Shown one piece after another: positions 11,901 through 23,900 of a stretch of DNA of 64,000 nucleotides (its first letter is position 1; the number at the start of each line of letters is the position of its first letter). The stretch comes from Blasia pusilla (lineage: Eukaryota): contig CM114271.1 in NCBI GenBank assembly GCA_050084515.1, forward strand, positions 46,748,001 to 46,812,000, read 5' to 3'. A program made the translations under genes and the position numbers. A model generated the notes under the pieces. That model was not told where the DNA came from. It made no database searches and saw only the letters and a program-made list of their open reading frames with translations.

Positions 11901-14854
11901 TGAGCACTAACTCCTAAAAGTTGACGAAGTCACTAAACTCCCTTTCTTACACCTTTCGCTGGACTAGTGTCGCGCTGCTAAGATTGGTGCTGTTCCCAGA
12001 CCTCTCGCTAGCTCGAGATTGATATCATCCCATCACTTCATTGGGAACATGATAGCTTTTCAAGGACATGGCGGTGTACTCGACTAGGACTACGCTGTGT
12101 ACACCATGTGATGTGGTACATGTGGTAGTTGTCTAAAGATACCAGTAGTTGGAGTTAATTCCTGTCCACTTCCCGTCAAACCCGTAGTTCCTATCCAGCG
12201 CTGCTTCACTGGATTTATTCGGGACGGTACGCCTCAGCTCGATGAGTCATCAACCGTGATCGACCAATAGTCACCCGCTACGATACTATAGTAGGCTTAT
12301 GCCCCCCCCCACAACCACCCCCTTAAAGTACGCTCCTCTTCACCCGAACCTCGGAACCGTATTGTGGTAATATTGCCCAAACGTCTTGTAACGCTTTCTT
12401 ATCTCCACCATGGTACCGTGTGTCTCCCTAGTGTAGGCCGAAGCGGCCTACTATAGCTACCAGTCTTGCTAAAAGTCGCGGCCATCTGACATCTCCTTTA
12501 CACATTGACGTTTACACAAAGGTAGGAATCCTCCTATAGTAGAATTTGGAAAAACCCGCTACAACGCGCCTACACCTACTGCAGTAGCCTGCATCTTTCT
12601 GAGACAGTTAGCCCCATAGCCGAGTCTAGCTCCCACCGTAAAATATTATATCACTGCAGTAGGTTGGCATCTGCTTGCAACATTGACGCGTGAACCAGAA
12701 GCTCGGAAACGTAGTGCGGTTTAGTAGGCCTGCGTTGCGCGTACACCCAGATCAACGTCGTCCTCTCCTTACCGCAGTAACCGCGTCTCTCCCTACTACA
12801 GTATATCGCTTCTCCAATCATTGTACTTTTTTCTTTCAATAATAAACTTAGACATGCAGTGGGGTTACCCCAACGGACGGAGACAGGACAGATCCCCCCC
12901 GCCCCCTTGGCCAGTAGACTAAACCTCCTGCTTTTCTTCGCGGAGGATCTCCTAAGATCTTTCCCGGTGTTGAACGAATTACGACATCAGAGTCAGCGCT
13001 CCCATATAACTCCTTAAAACGGGGGAAGAGATGGGGCTGCTTTCATATCTGCACTCTTGTTTTCAACGTCTAGATTATAATTTTGGGGCATATTGAATGT
13101 GACAAAAGCTTTTTTGTGAGTTTGGTTATGACAAGTGTACGACTAAAGAAAGACGACTAATAGAAGAATTGGGTTAGTATGTAAAGAAAATAATCATTGC
13201 CTATGCATGTAACTGCTTTTTTTTTCCTCTCTTCTTATAGCCTATCCATGTGGATTCCACTCGTCGTGGTCTATTCAAAATCTCTCGCCCCACATGTAAT
13301 TTTCTTCCCACACTCTCAAAAGGACCACACATTGGTTTTGTTGGGAGAAAACGCATGGCGGTCCCATGGGGTGAAAATCATTTTGATCCCTAGTCTAACA
13401 TGTAAACTCTATAGAACTCAAATCCTCTAAAAGCCCCTCTCTATGTGGATTCTATTGTAAATTAAGACAAAAATACTACATGGACGACAGACTTACACCA
13501 TAATGTACTTATATAAAAGTTCAAGTAATCTCATGAGAAATGGAATAGAAACAAGTTTAGGGACACTTTGAATATAGAATAGACATTTGAGAGAAGGTGA
13601 GAAATATACAAAACACATTTAATACTAGCCATTCCATACAACAATGAATACAATGGAAAGAAATAACATAGAAAAATTGAGAGACACATTATATCAGTGA
13701 ATGAAGAAATAAGAATTACACTACACAAGGGATTCGATATAGAGAGTCAAGAAGTACGACACAAGGATGAAGAACAAATGGACTCTGTTTTAGCGACCTT
13801 GGTTAACATTTTCCTCAACCTAAACAAGCTATATAGAAAATGGGGATTTCAATACATACAACCTACTTCAATACACTATGAAGCAACCTTGCCCTTTTGA
13901 TACATACGTGCCCTTATATAACATCAACATTGGCGTTTAAGTACATAATATAACCCTATGTACTTAAAATGGTAAGTAATGAAGGTTAGTACTATGCGGA
14001 TATTGTTCCACATCATGTTTACGCTCTGCTAGCCACTCTATGTGCACTAAATAGAAAATGCACTTGTGGCATTGTCTTGACGCATACTGCGAAATGTAGG
14101 CACTATGTAAGTGGGGACTATATTAATGAAGCTCCAATACAAAGACTATCAAGACAATAAATAACATAACTTAAGGATGCACAACTTATCTAGTTCATAG
14201 TGAGAGTTCTATTATATCTTCAATGTAGAGAACTTGTGGATTGTTTGGTTATATCTTTGTGTGAGTGCTCGAATAAAGTTGGTTGTAGTGTTTTTTTATC
14301 AAGGTTTCAAGGTTTTTGACATATTCCCTTCTTTTTTTCCTTTGTCACGTCTTTTAAGATAGATCGGTGAGATCTAGTAGGGCGCCTTCATGAATAATGG
14401 AGGACAGGCTCAATAGGTTGAGGATGACTTGTTGAGGCCTCGGAAAACCTGAGAGAGCAGGTTTCCCCTTCGTTTCGCTCATTTGGAGCCATATTTAGGA
14501 ACTTACTATTTTAGGTAAGTACCATTTTGAATATATGATCGACTTTCTATTTTTGGAAAATGGTCCTTGACCTCCTACATCAGGTCAAGAGCCAAGGAGG
14601 TGACTTGGGAGAATAGGTTACCATGGAGAGAGCTTGGGAGAGGGGAGGGGTATACCTCAAGGAGAGAGAGTTTGAGAGCTCATTCTCTCTTTGTTGAACC
14701 TCTTGGCATAAGGCGGCGGAGCTATGGTCCCTTGCCTTGTGAGTGTAATCCAAGCCTCTCATTAGGAGAGTGGGTTTGGTTTGACATGAGAGAGAGTGCA
14801 CACCTTTGAGAGCTATGGTGTGAGATGGTGTAAAGAGAGATTGGATCTTACTTT

Positions 14855-14870
14855 ATAAAGAGAGAATGAG
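14855..14870 (+). promoter_or_regulatory. Putative self-priming primer-binding site, family A
   Basis: ATAAAGAGAGAATGAG directly after a1 is complementary (one G:U) to CTCATTCTCTCTTTGT at 14679-14694, about 30 nt downstream of TATA at 14651. Confidence 0.7.
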
Positions 14871-16427
14871 AGAGTGAGAGAGCTTCATGGGGGAGTTCGC
14901 TGGTCACTTGCTGTTTTTGCAAGTTGGGGATCGTGTTCCCCGTTCAGCGGCTCATGAGAGTACTCACCAGAGCAAGGGCTTCTTTGATTGTTCTTTGCAT
15001 TTGCTGATTTTTCATGTGGAAGAGTGGCGCGCGGAAGCGCTGCCCAATTTTTGATAGGGATTGAGTATGGGGGTGAGTTTCCCCATGCCAGTGCTCTCGG
15101 GAGCACCATGTAGCTTGCTGATTTGTATTTTTATAGGTTTTACATTTTCTTTGGGAGAAATCAGCGCGGAAGCGCTGCCGAATTTTGTGTTGGAGAAAGA
15201 GACATTGGGCTTTACGATAATCCCTGTCAATTTTGACTAGAATGTCCGATTTTAAATATTTTTAATGCTATCGTAGATCGTAAAGTTATGCACATTGTGC
15301 AACAAACAATGCACAATTTGGAGTTGCGAGCAAAAAGTTATGGTCAATCTTGCAAAACTGTCATTGCTAGGCAATTTTTAGGGTTAAATTGTTCAAACCC
15401 TAATCAGCCGCCACGCCGGCGGCGGCTGTCACCATCCAGTCACCGTCAACGGTCTGCCATCAACGGTCAACCATCATCATCAACGGTCAACCGTCACCGT
15501 CACCGGTCGGTTTACACCATCAACGGTCAATCGTCACCTTCAATGGTCCATCGTCCGTTGTCCACCCTTTGGTTGCCATTGCCGCTGTTACGGCGTGGAG
15601 GGTCTTCCACGACGTTCGTTGATTCTCTTACTTGCGTCGCCACCACGTACTTTGTTTTGGCCGCCATCGTCATCGCAGTTTTGTCATCAACCAATGATGG
15701 CAGATGAGTTTTGATTTCATGCTGCTATGTTGTGATTGGTAGCTGTTCGACGACGATCGAGTACCGTGCCGTGACGCCCGTAGCCGCAACGCACCGCCAA
15801 TTGCCGCGCCGTGCTACTCGTGGCCGCACCGCACCGTCTCGATCACGGAGCCGCTCCATCATTATGGAGCTGAGTGTGGGTTTATTGTTGATTGAGGAGG
15901 GTATGCCGCCAAGTGCCGCATCGCACCATCGAGGGCCGTGCCATTCGTAGCCGGTCCGTGCCACCTGCAACGTCGCACCGTTCCGCTGGAACCGCACTGT
16001 CTATCGAGGAGTTTTGAGCAGCGTTAGTACGGGAGGAGTATGACTTGCAGATTGGAGGAGTTGTCTCCACGACCGAGTTGGGGTCGAGATTTGCAGTTGC
16101 TGAGGAGCGACATCGACATGTGTTTAGGTTATCCATTATGGTCCTTTACCCTGCACGTGTAAGGGATTCTGGGATTTGGGTAGTTTATTTGGGGATATTG
16201 GGTGTGTGGATGGTGAGAGCATCATTTATGTATGTGGTTTAGGGGACATAGACCTCTGTGGGATGTTCGGAGTTGAGGGTAGGTTATCGATGAGATGATA
16301 GCCTGGTCGATTTGCCGCACCACGCCGCTTGTTGCCGCACGTTACACGTCTCGGGGAGGGAGACTGTAGATCGAGTGCCGCATGTTTGGGATGAGTGATT
16401 GAGGGATTACTTGCAAGGCGAGAGTGA

Positions 16428-19400
16428 TTGGGTGAGAAGGGCACGAGGGTCATCACGGCGTCCATTTGGGACTTTGAGAGACGAAGTGGTGAACCTGAGA
16501 GTAGCTCTAGAGGTTTTACGCGGAGTGGCGCGAGGTTCCGAGTGTCTCCACGTGAGGGACCACCTCCACCTCCTTCTGTGTCATTGTCAGACAAGGAGGA
16601 GGGTGTAGAGGAGTTTGTGAGCACATTGCCACACATTGTGAGTGGTCATACCAGTTGGGCGTATGAGATGGACGACCCGGGTAGAGGACCGCGTAGCTTT
16701 TCAGGTGCAGTAGGTACAATTGAGTTGCACGATTTCATAGCAGAGTTTAGGAGTTGGTGCGACTCCCAACGGACCAGGAACTCTAGAGAGTTCAACCCGT
16801 TTACAACATGGAACGATATGTTCCAGCATTTAGAAGGGGCGCCCATGGACGATTACCATGAGTTCTCTCAAAGATATGCACGTGAGATCGAGGCGTGGAG
16901 GCTCTACTATGACCTACATTATGTGTCATAGACATAGCCGTTCCCAGATGAGGAGGAGGAGTCAGGAGAGGCTACTTCCTCTTCCACTAGTGACGTTTTA
17001 AGAGGGATCACTCGCACGGGAGCAGTTCCACCGTGTAGTCGGGTTTGTCCCAGGTTCAACCCTGTGGTTGAGTTCTTTGTTGAGTTGAGGGTGAGCTACC
17101 AGGGGGTACGGACGGAGAAGTTGCGGAGCATCCACGACTTCTAGAGGCGCCCGGGTGAGAGTTTTCGTGAGGCTTACACTTGCTTGCTCTGGTTGATCAA
17201 TGTCACTCAGGGGGTGACAGAGGCTCAAGCTATCCAGTCATGGTACGCGATGTTGGACCGGACCCTGCGGACACGTGTGCGGGAGGGGGTGCTTCTTATG
17301 AACACCTCCCCTACGTTGAGAGATGTTTTTAGGACCGCCGAGAACATTGAGCGCAACATGGCGGAGGAGAGCATAGCCACCATGGGTTCTGGGCGAGAGC
17401 AGTCGCGATTGTCTGCACCACATGTGCAGCAATGTGGACTCCGAGATAGGTCGACTGTAGCACCACAAGCTCAGGGAGCATACCGGGAGGCCATGCCACA
17501 GAGACCTGGGCCTTCATATGCGGCTCAACAGCAGCCGCCTACTATCACTTGTTGGTCATGTCGTGAAGCCCATCATCAACGCGATTGCACTCGTCAGGGT
17601 CATGGACGTGTGCCTCAGCATCGAGGGGAAGATGGTGCTGCACCAGGAGGTTATTAGTGTGACTATTGTCAGAGGTATGGTCATACACGCGCCAGGTGTT
17701 TCAGTTTACATCCTGAGTTACGTCCGGACCGAGGGCTAGAGAGGGCACCAAAGCGAGTAGCCGGTCCGGGTGGGCCTAGAGATCGTGCACCAGGTGGTCT
17801 CGTTGGGGAATGAGGAGGTGGAGTTGCCCGATAGGGTGGTGGAGTTCCCCGAGGAGGAGGTAGAGTACCATCACCTAGATGCACCGAGGGAGACGCGGGA
17901 CGTGCGGCTGGGATGGTTGCTCAAATACAAGAGCTACAAGAGCAGATTGCCGCTATGGCATTGAGGTTACCCGATGCCGAATGTGTGGCATCAACATCAT
18001 ATGGAGCAGCCAGAGACATGGAGGATCCTGGTTGGATGTGCGGGGCTACCCTGATGGAGGCAGCCACAGTTGTGACGCGTGGAGCAACAGTAGAGTTGGA
18101 TCCATAGCGAGGGGAAGCCAGGAAACAAACTAGGCTTCCTCAGTCTTTCACGTTGTTTGAGGCGATGAGAACCCCATCGATGGGTCCTGATCAGAGTTCT
18201 TGGAGAGTTGGTGATGTTGTTGGTGTGCAGGCACAGAGGGCGATAGGAGAAGCAAGTGCGATGACTCCTATTGTTGATGCTCAGGAGGGGCATATGTCGA
18301 GCACGTTGTTGGGGGCGGCCACCATTGTGTACCGTGCTCCTTTATTTTCTACTTCCAATGTTATGACGTTGGGGGGTACGCCCGCCGAGGCTTTTCGGCT
18401 GGCCGCTTCACTATGTGAGCGTGGAGTTGGAGTTCCTACATCACATTCACAGGTGATTGCAGAGGAGGTGATGGACCTGCCCTTGGAGCAGATGCTCGGG
18501 CCGTCCACGTCAGATTCATGGCAGGCTACGGCGGCTAGGATGGTGGAGATGCCCGCTAGACCCGCGATAGAGCGTGCCATGGCTTCTCCTGGTGTTGTGT
18601 TGCTGGATAACCGAGGAGAGGTCTTCCAATTGGTGAGTCCTAGAGATAGAGCTTTTAGTCCGCAGCGCGTCTTGTTGGATTCAAGAGCGCAACCCTTGAT
18701 GTTGGGGAAAGCGTCATTTAGAGGATTGGGCTTGACAAGAGCCGATGTGGAGCGTTGTCCATTCCGGATACAGACATCCTTGGATGGAGCGAGTACCACA
18801 CAATATAATATATTACCCGACAGGAGGTCGTGGTGAGGATTCGCGCGGGACATCCTACATATAAGTCCGTGGTGCGAGCCAAGGCGATAGTGACTGATGC
18901 AGAGTCCTACGACGTCTTGGTTGGTGGAGCAATGTTATACCCGATGGGGTTTTCCCTGGATTACTGGGAGGAGTCAGCATCCTACAGACTAGGATGGCAG
19001 TTAAATGATGGGTGCCTTACCTCATTACCCGTCCGATTCACATGTGCAGTGATCGAGCAACGTCCAGGAGAGATGGCGACCTTAGCAACATTTAGCAGTG
19101 CCATCACTTGGCCTGGTGATTTGATTGAGAGACATGTCCATACAGAGGATACTCCCATTCTTAACATTTCTATGGAGAGGAGTGTTATGGTAGCCGCATC
19201 ATTCCGTGGAGGAGAGGTGCCGCTGTGGGGCTCGACTGAGGAGCTTTGATGATTGGTAGATGAGCACGTGCAGACAGTGTGGACCGAGGCGTTTGCACCG
19301 GAGCGTGACGGGTTTGAGGAACCCGAGGTAGCAAGGAGTGCTACGATGACACCCTTGGATACCACACCCATTATGCGGTGTACCCTGGAGGAGGGTATTT

Positions 19401-20955
19401 GAGTGTTGGATCTCTTTGGAGGGATTAGCACCGGGTTAGCTACTGTTTTGCAGGCAAGAGCGCGAGTACAGCAGTACATGTATGTAGAGAGTGATGATGT
19501 TGCAAGGCGCATGTCACTACGATATGTGGCACAGTTACGCCTACGTTTTCCCAACTTATTGTCTGCGTCTGCAGTATAGGGGTACTAGAGTTCCCTACCG
19601 AGGGATATTTCATTATTGGGGGCACATGACTTAGAGCGGGTCGGGACCATTGATTTGGTCATTGTCGGTTGGCCATGTCAGGGCCAATCGAGTGTTGGAC
19701 AAGGCAGCGGGTTGGCTGACACTCGATCCATGTTGTTTTGGGAGATGTTGAGGGTCTTACGGTAGTTGAAGGAGCACCAGTCTCGTTCTCCAGCCTACAT
19801 TCTAGAGAATGTGCGGATCTTAGGAGACTCCATGTCATGGGTGGTGACGAGTGCTCATCAGGTATGTGCTTGGATCGGCCCAACAGTGTTCTTGGATGCG
19901 GCGAGTGTAGGTTCTAGAGCCCATTTCCCATGTGTATGGTGGACCAACTTGGTGCCCCATGCGGTGTTACAGAGGGCGTATGCGAGAGTGGAGCGCTCCT
20001 CCCATTTGTTAGTGGATTCCATTCTGGATCCAGGTCGTCGATCACACGAAGTGAGGCACGATGATGGACCACCGTTGACTGTGGTCAACAAGGTAGGCAG
20101 GCCGCGGGCAGCCTTGCCCACGTTTGTGAGTTTTCCCACTTCTTAGGCATACAAGGAGGCCCGTCCTAGCTTGGTTTGGACCAAGTTCAGCGGTTGGTGG
20201 AGCCCAACGCCGACGAGAGAGAGCGAGCGATGGGATTTCCCACACGAGTGACGGTAGTACTGTCAGTGTCAGAGGCATTACGACGCCATGTCTTGGGTTA
20301 GGCGATGGCTCTGGATTGCTTGACATGGATCCTCAGCTTGGGAGTGGTTGAGTAGCGCCGTATGAGATCGCGACAGATCACAGCGGTTGCGTTGGTGAGC
20401 CCCATGCCTACCAAGACGGTGGAGGCAATGGCTGGGGGCAAGACCCGGGGAGACCTACACACCAGGGGAGATCGGGAGAGATACCCTTGGACTTCTTGGG
20501 ATGTTTTGCAGGTACGCCATGAGATGATAGCCACAGCATCGAGCGTGGTTCCAGACACTACATGTGGAGGAGATCAGAGTTTGCAGTTGGGTGCAGGAGA
20601 GCGGCCGAGTGTTGTTGTTTGAGACAGGGTTGCACCATAGCAATCACCAATACCCGCGCTGGAGAGTCCTACCGTAGTCACGATGGAGACTTGGGAGCCA
20701 GGTATGGGCCCTAAGTTGACAAGAGGAGAGCGGCGCTGGTTACATCAGTTCCTCACGAGTTATAGGAGTTGCTTTGCGTTTAGCATGGAGGATTTGGGTA
20801 CGCTGAAGGGACCGGGGATCCGCATTGAGTTGTCGAGTGATACGCCGATCTTCCGACGATCCTACAGGTACAGTGATATGGAGAGGACTTTGATTCAGAG
20901 TAGGAGCCAGTACATGGTCGGAGCAGGACTAGTGGAGATGTCGCATGGGGAGTAT
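16428..20955 (+). pseudogene. Degenerate gag-protease-DNA methyltransferase-RT(N-term) polyprotein of element A-I
   Basis: Gag with two CCHC knuckles (CWSCREAHHQRDC, CDYCQRYGHTRARC), aspartic protease (VLLDSRAQPL), MTase motifs, RT start (PIFRRSYRYS). Many TAG/TGA stops and two small frameshifts. Confidence 0.88.
19394..20343 (+). pseudogene. DNMT3-like C5 cytosine methyltransferase domain within the A-I polyprotein
   Basis: Motif I GI*VLDLFGGISTG, II YMYVESD, IV DLVIVGWPCQG (TGGCCATGTCAG 19670-19681), VI YILENV, VIII AHFPCVWWTNL, IX ERERAMGFP, X RHVLG*AM. In frame with the protease C-terminal region upstream and RT downstream, apart from a 4-nt deletion near 20175. Confidence 0.85.
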
Positions 20956-23900
20956 TGTCGTACGCATACACATCGCTACACAACATACATCTATCACCGA
21001 ACATACACACAAACACGCACGATCCCATGCTAACTCATGGCATCCAAACAACGAGACAAGATGTACTAAAATATCTCCAATAAAGTAAGATCCAATCTCT
21101 CTCTACACCATCTCACACCATAGCTCTCAAAGATGTGCACTCTCTCTCATGTCAAACCAAAGCCACTCTCCTAATGAGAGGCTTGGGTTACACTCACAAG
21201 GCAAGGGACCATAGCTCCGCCGCCTTATGCCAAGAGGTTCAACAAAGAGAGAATGAGCTCTCAAGCTCTCTCTCCTTGAGGTATACCCCTCCCCTCTCCC
21301 AAGCTCTCTCCATGGTAACCTATTCTCCCAAGTCACCCCTTTGGCTCTTGACCTCATGTAGGAGGTCAAGGGTCACTTAACAAAAATAGAAAGTTGACCA
21401 TATATTCAAAATACTACTTACCTAAAATAGTAAGTTTTCTCAATATGATTCCAAATGAGCCGAAATGAAGGGGAAACTTGCTCTCTCAAGTTTCCCGCGG
21501 CCTCAGCAGGTCATCTTCGATCTACTGAGCATGTCCTCCATAACTCATGAAGGCGTTCTACTAGATCTCACCGATCTATCCTAAAAGACGTGATAGTTAT
21601 CGTGGGCATACACATCACTACACAACATACATCATTATCATCGAACACACACACAAACACGCACGATCCCATGCTAACTCATGGAATCCAAACAACGAGA
21701 CAAGAAGTACCAAAATATCTCCAATCGTCCCCCTAAATGGTGGTTAGGTCTCTCTAACTCCAGATAGCCCTCTATCTCTATCTACCATGACATACATCTC
21801 TAGGATGCTAAGAGCAGAAAGGCTAGGTGCTCATGTGGCCCCATCGTTAGTCGCCTTCCTGTCATCCATGTCACATAAAAAGTCGGAATCGAAACCTACC
21901 TAGTATCTCCTCTATATACATTTGGGACACATCCATCGTCCCCAAGGAACCCTAGTGAGAGGTGGCGTCAAACATGCCATATGCCAACCTCTCGAACATC
22001 CATCACAGACTAGCATCATGGCCGCACCATGGGTAGAACCACACAACATACAACGCAAGCCTGCAGGAACTATTGCTAAGCTCGGATCTACTCTACCAGC
22101 AATGTTAGGAAGGTCACATGGCGCACAATTACGCACATGGTCCTTCCATACCATACCATCGCGTCCCTCCAGCAAGAGAACATCGGCTGGCAAAACGTCA
22201 CGCACTCTCAAGATAATGCGCCTATAGTCACATCCAACATCATTGGTGCCGTCTGCTGCAAGTAGATATAATATTCCTGATGAAACCTCCAGATAGTTGG
22301 TCGATAACCACCACCCTGAATAGTCGCATACATCAACGTATCCCGATGCTGCGCAATCGCCAAGTTCTCGAACGCCATGGGCATCACTCTCCGAAACAAC
22401 TCAGCCCTCTGAGAACATGCTCGCATCCATACATCTGGGTCATCAAGGTCCAAAGACTCACCAAAGATCTCGACGAATGGCCGTAGGTAAATCTGGCTCT
22501 CGGCCATAAAGTAGCAAGTACGGTGAAAAAGACGCTAAGGATGCCTGCTTGCTGAATATGTATCCCATCGCCAACCAGGGCAACTGGAGGTCCCAATCTC
22601 CTAGGTGACCTCTTTGCAAGCCATACTTGCGTAAACCCCTCTTCACCGTCTGCACAACTCTCTCCGCTAATCCATCCGCCTCGGGATGATCTCGCGAAGT
22701 CGTACGATGTTCGATGAGTGCCTGATCACACAAGGCCTGGAACTCACCGCAAAACTCGGTACCATGGTCTATCAACACCTCAGCCGGTGCGCCATAATGA
22801 CTCAGCTTTTTGTCAAGGAAGGCATAAGCTACTCCCGCAAACGATTTTTTAGGCAATGCAACCAACTCGATCCACTTCGAGAAGTGGTCGACCATCACCA
22901 ACACATAACGACTGTGACGCTCCGTCAAAGACAAAGGTCCTACAAAATCCAAACTCCATCTATACCCTAAGCCCATGATTGGTAATGGATGCAACTGTGG
23001 AGTCGCAGCATTGAACGATGCTCGGACCCGATCACACACCATGCACACTGGCAACAAATTGTTGAACGTCACTCTGCATACCTCGCCACCAATTCTGAAT
23101 CTGGAGCAAGTTGTACGTCCGCTTCACCCCAAAGTGACCCAACTCCTCGTGGGCATGCTGCACTAGTCGTACTCTCTGCGAAGGATGCGGCACTACGCGT
23201 ACTCTGCCATTCTCCCAAACCCTCAAAACATGCGTCCCCTCCCAACGGAACCGTCTGGCCCGCTGTAGGATCCGATCCTGCTCTCTAGCATCCACGGTGC
23301 TCGCAACACTGCCATACGAACGTACTCCAAGACTACTCCATCATCATGAATATCTCGGCCACTTGTCGTCTCCTCACTGGCCTCGGGATCCAATGACTCT
23401 CCACTAGACCTTGCCATCAAAATCTCCACTCTCAGGCTCTCCATAGCCAACATGCCTAAATAGGCTAACGCGTGCCATCTTGGCACTGACTCCTCATCAC
23501 TCTCTCCATGCCATCGAGCTTCAGTCGTATCTCGTTGACTCGGGCATGGGTTACGACTCAACCCATATGCATCTTGGTTGAGCGTCCCATGTCTCTGTAC
23601 CACCTGAAAATCATAATCCTGCAACAAGAAAGCCCATCAATCATATTCCTGCAACAAGAGAGCCCATCTCGCAAGCTTCCCTGTAAGCTTGTCGGACTCC
23701 ATCAACCACTTCAGTGGTTGATGATCAGTGATGATGGTAAAGGGATTGCCAAATAAGTAACACCTAAAATGCACGACAGCCCACACCGCAGCCAAGCACT
23801 CACCCTCATACGAGTTGTACTTCGCCTCTGCAACGTTGTTTGAGCGGCTAGCATAAGCCACCATGAAATCTCTACCCTCATCATCATGTTAGGTGAGCAC

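Noticed and set aside
14567-14809. Recurrent ~80-aa ORF MTSYIRSRAKEVTWENRLPW.. (also 21127, 28013, 63092)
   Set aside because: It lies inside repeat a, starts at TTG and spans the predicted TATA/TSS; it recurs only because the repeat recurs.
15400-15560. Short repeats (caacggtcaaccgtca) as a possible CRISPR-like array
   Set aside because: Irregular low-complexity repeats in a retroelement leader, with no constant repeat-spacer period; eukaryotic context.
18982-19554. 190-aa antisense ORF also open in A-II (26149-26721)
   Set aside because: Shadow frame opposite the PR-MTase coding strand, with no domain evidence and no equivalent full ORF in family B.
23611-23670. 30-bp tandem duplication at the end of the A-II RNaseH (WALLLQEYD*WAFLLQDYD)
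   Set aside because: Copy-specific decay; absent from family B copies.
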